Part shown: positions 9,238 through 11,966 of the stretch, one piece after another
Position numbering within the stretch: position 1 is the stretch's first letter
How the letters are laid out: each line of letters opens with the position of its first letter
Made by a program: the position numbers and the translations under genes
Origin: Adineta steineri
Taxonomy: Eukaryota
Direction of reading: 5' to 3'
DNA: 11,966 nt
NCBI GenBank assembly: GCA_905250115.1
Contig: CAJNOI010000024.1
Coordinates: 34,111 to 46,076, forward strand
The notes under the pieces: generated by a model
Told to the model about the DNA's origin: nothing
What the model saw: only the letters and a program-made list of their open reading frames with translations
Database searches by the model: none

Positions 9238-11522
9238 ATGACTTCGCACAAAATTCAACATTGTATATTCGTCGATGGGGATTTCGACCGACATGAACTA
9301 TTTAGCAATGTTCATCCTTATACCTTAAATCGTCTTGCTAAATTAAATGATGTTTTAACATGTAAATTACACAATGAACAAGTGATGAAATTGATGAATA
9401 ATCCATCAAATATTCATTTTTATATTTGTTACAATTCATCCTCGACAGATATTGATCACTATTATAAGATATTAAAAGTAACTTATCCTCAAAGTATACG
9501 ATTGTATTCATCGATAAATACAGCAATCAATGACTGGCAACATAAATGTGATCATATTTGGATTATACACGGAATTGAAAACACTTACGAAGAATTAATT
9601 GAACAATTAAAATTCAATAAAAAAACACAAGCAAATATTTCAAGTTATTCTTGGTTGGAAAACATAAAAGAAGGTTCAAATCGAATTGAATATTTAATTA
9701 AGTAAGTCACTTGATTTATATGTGTGTTGAGGCGCTTTTTAACAGAATAATTGAAACTTAATATATTGCCTACGGATATGACTAAAATTTTATTTCTGTT
9801 TATATTATAGTAATAAAATGCAAAATTTTAATGATAATCAAATTGAAGAGTCAAATATTGAAGTAACAACAACAACAACGATGATGTCTACTACAGAGAA
9901 ACCAAAGAAATCTAACAGAAGACAATTGATAAAATGTGATGTTGACAATTGTAAGAAACAATTTAAGAATGCGGATGCTTTAAGAAGCCACCAATTGGCT
10001 AAACATCCAACTTCACAAGTAGTTGTACAACATGAAATAACAAAAAAAATATCCATTCAAACTTCTATACAACAAAAGATTCATGGATACAAGAATAAAC
10101 ATGTAGATGTAAATGTTTTACCAGATCATCTATCAGCCAATTATCCAGTCGATCCAGTAATTACAGATGATGAAACATCGGAAACGTCTATTACAGAATA
10201 TTACAAAGAGACTAATAACAAAATAAACATAAAATGCAATATTGATGGTTGCAAGAAGAAATTTTGGAATGAAGATGCTCTGTACAATCATCAATCAATT
10301 ATGCATGTAAGTGATCAGACAGATACAGATGATGAAATATCATCAGTATCCTCTTCAAAAAATCGAGAAAATATCATTACAATACGAAAACACGAATGTG
10401 GTTTTGAAAATTGCACAATATCGTGCAAAAAACGACGTTCATTATATATACATATAATAGAAAGACATTCAATTCCGCTTCAATGTCCATGGAGTAGCAA
10501 TTGTAAACAATCAAATAAAAATTATTTTGGGATACTTCTATTACAAAATCATATTATATCTGAACATACAGATTCAACGATACAATGCAAATGTCCTATT
10601 CCTCGATGTATAAATTCAAGAAATTGGGAAGATTGGTCCACTTTATTACAACATATAATATTAAGACATACAGAAAATCTATTCACGTAAGTTTTATTGT
10701 AATTCTGATTCGTGAATTTCATTATTATTCACACATTTATATATATATTTTAGAAATAATAATTTCAATACACAAGAAAAAAGATTGGTACTATCTCGCA
10801 TATATACTCGTTATGGTCAGCTAAACCTGCCGATAACTATTCCAACTTGGGATTTCCGTGATCCGTTTAAATGTTCGTATTCTAATTGTAGCCAAGTGTA
10901 TTGGGATGAAATAATATTGAAACGACATCAAGCATATGAACATCCTCTTCCTCTTCTATGCCCGTTTGGATCTGAATGTCAACAATCAACAAAAAAATAT
11001 TTTGGCATATGGAAATTACGTGAACATGTCTATTCAAAACATGCACCATTGTATTCTCAGCCAGTATGCTTTAATTCGGAATGTCAATACAATAAACCGT
11101 TCGTAACTTGGAATCATGTGTTGAAACATATCCTACATATGCATTTAGAAGCTGTTGTATTGATTGTAAATTCAAACACATCGTCGACAGTAAAAAAAGA
11201 CAAAGTATATAAGAAGTGCAGTTATCAAAATTGTAATCAACCATTTAAAACAAGAAATACCTTCCAGTATCATTTAGCAACATCGCGTCCTTATCCTCTT
11301 CGATGTCCATACAATTCTGCGTGTAATAAACTTGATAATGATAGTAAACATTACTTAGGATTAATGGAACTACAAAGACATATTGAAGTAACACATTCAG
11401 TACAATTCCTAGTGCCAATGTGTTTCAATCATCGATGTCAACAAAATAAACATTATAAAGAGTTGAAACCGTTAATGAATCATATTTTACAAAAACATTG
11501 GCTAAATATCAGAGTGAAATGA
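9238..11522 (+). CDS. Multi-finger C2H2-like zinc-finger protein with unassigned N-terminal domain; join(9238..9701,9811..10686,10754..11522)
   Basis: Three separate ORFs join in frame through GT-AG introns: AA|GTAAGT...TATTATAG|T (9702-9810, 109 bp) and AC|GTAAGT...ATTTTAG|A (10687-10753, 67 bp). Both introns are phase 2. The total is 2109 nt, or 702 aa plus stop. The apparent stops at 9703-9705 and 10688-10690 lie within the GTAA of the donor sites. Confidence 0.83.
9935..10006 (+). other. C2H2 zinc finger 1 (CDVDNCKKQFKNADALRSHQLAKH)
   Basis: C-x4-C-x12-H-x4-H pattern with central F and L. Confidence 0.85.
10235..10306 (+). other. C2H2 zinc finger 2 (CNIDGCKKKFWNEDALYNHQSIMH)
   Basis: C-x4-C-x12-H-x4-H pattern, closely similar to finger 1. 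Confidence 0.85.
10391..10669 (+). other. Three-finger zinc module, copy A
   Basis: HECGFENCTISCKKRRSLYIHIIERHSIPLQCPWSSNCKQSNKNYFGILLLQNHIISEHTDSTIQCKCPIPRCINSRNWEDWSTLLQHIILRH. Confidence 0.75.
10866..11144 (+). other. Three-finger zinc module, copy B
   Basis: FKCSYSNCSQVYWDEIILKRHQAYEHPLPLLCPFGSECQQSTKKYFGIWKLREHVYSKHAPLYSQPVCFNSECQYNKPFVTWNHVLKHILHMH. Confidence 0.75.
11211..11498 (+). other. Three-finger zinc module, copy C
   Basis: KKCSYQNCNQPFKTRNTFQYHLATSRPYPLRCPYNSACNKLDNDSKHYLGLMELQRHIEVTHSVQFLVPMCFNHRCQQNKHYKELKPLMNHILQKH. The first finger is degenerate at its second His. Confidence 0.7.
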
Positions 11523-11966
11523 TACGATACCTTGTATGTACATGAAATCATGTAATGTAATTTCGAAATTTCTCTTTAACTTTTTTACATATGCTTAAAA
11601 AACTTTTCCTATTAGCCTATGTACATTTTAAAAGTAGGTTTGGGTGAGGCGGGAACATAATATAGATCCCCATCCACATTCAGAGTTTACCGGATTTTGC
11701 CACTGCTGAAACTTTCCACTCAAAAAATAAAAACCAACAAAAATCGAAATGCTAATCAAGAAACGAAATAGTCACAAAAGAAACAGTAATCACAAAATGC
11801 AATCAAAAAAGAAACTATATGAAACATAGAACAAATGCAAACATAAAATCATCAATATAAGAAAGTGAATCAACAGCAACAAAAATTAATCAATCACGAT
11901 GCATAATAAAAATAGCATAAAATCTTAAGAAATGCAAACGAGATATATCATCGTAATGATTATCAA

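Noticed and set aside
9703-9705. TAA stop ending the 155-aa ORF
   Set aside because: It lies within a consensus donor AA|GTAAGT, and splicing to 9811 continues the frame, so it is very probably intronic.
9838-10056. 72-aa minus-strand ORF MDIFFVISCCTTTCEVG...
   Set aside because: Antisense shadow of the zinc-finger exon; its Val run is the complement of the (ACA)n threonine tract.
1-11966. CRISPR array, bacterial operon or phage defence system
   Set aside because: No direct repeats with regular spacers, and the genes have eukaryotic GT-AG introns and a metazoan-type tRNA, GPCR, Ly6 and C2H2 content.

Overview
AT-rich eukaryotic window. Short GT-AG introns (53-109 bp) and the mix of gene families suggest a small invertebrate genome, possibly a bdelloid rotifer, but that is inference only. 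Supported content: (1) an intronless rhodopsin-like 7TM GPCR on the minus strand; (2) a tRNA-Thr(TGT) with a complete cloverleaf; (3) a broken GT15/KTR-like mannosyltransferase on the minus strand, with an in-frame TGA where Trp fits plus a homopolymer frameshift; (4) a near-perfect 270-bp palindromic MITE-like foldback element; (5) a three-exon Ly6/three-finger GPI-anchored protein on the minus strand, which the ORF track splits; (6) a three-exon, 702-aa plus-strand gene that joins three separate ORFs. This last gene fuses an unassigned alpha/beta-looking N-terminal domain to two classical C2H2 fingers and three tandem copies of a ~95-aa three-finger module. It is the best candidate for something undescribed. 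About 2.6 kb between the palindrome and the Ly6 gene has no supportable coding content.
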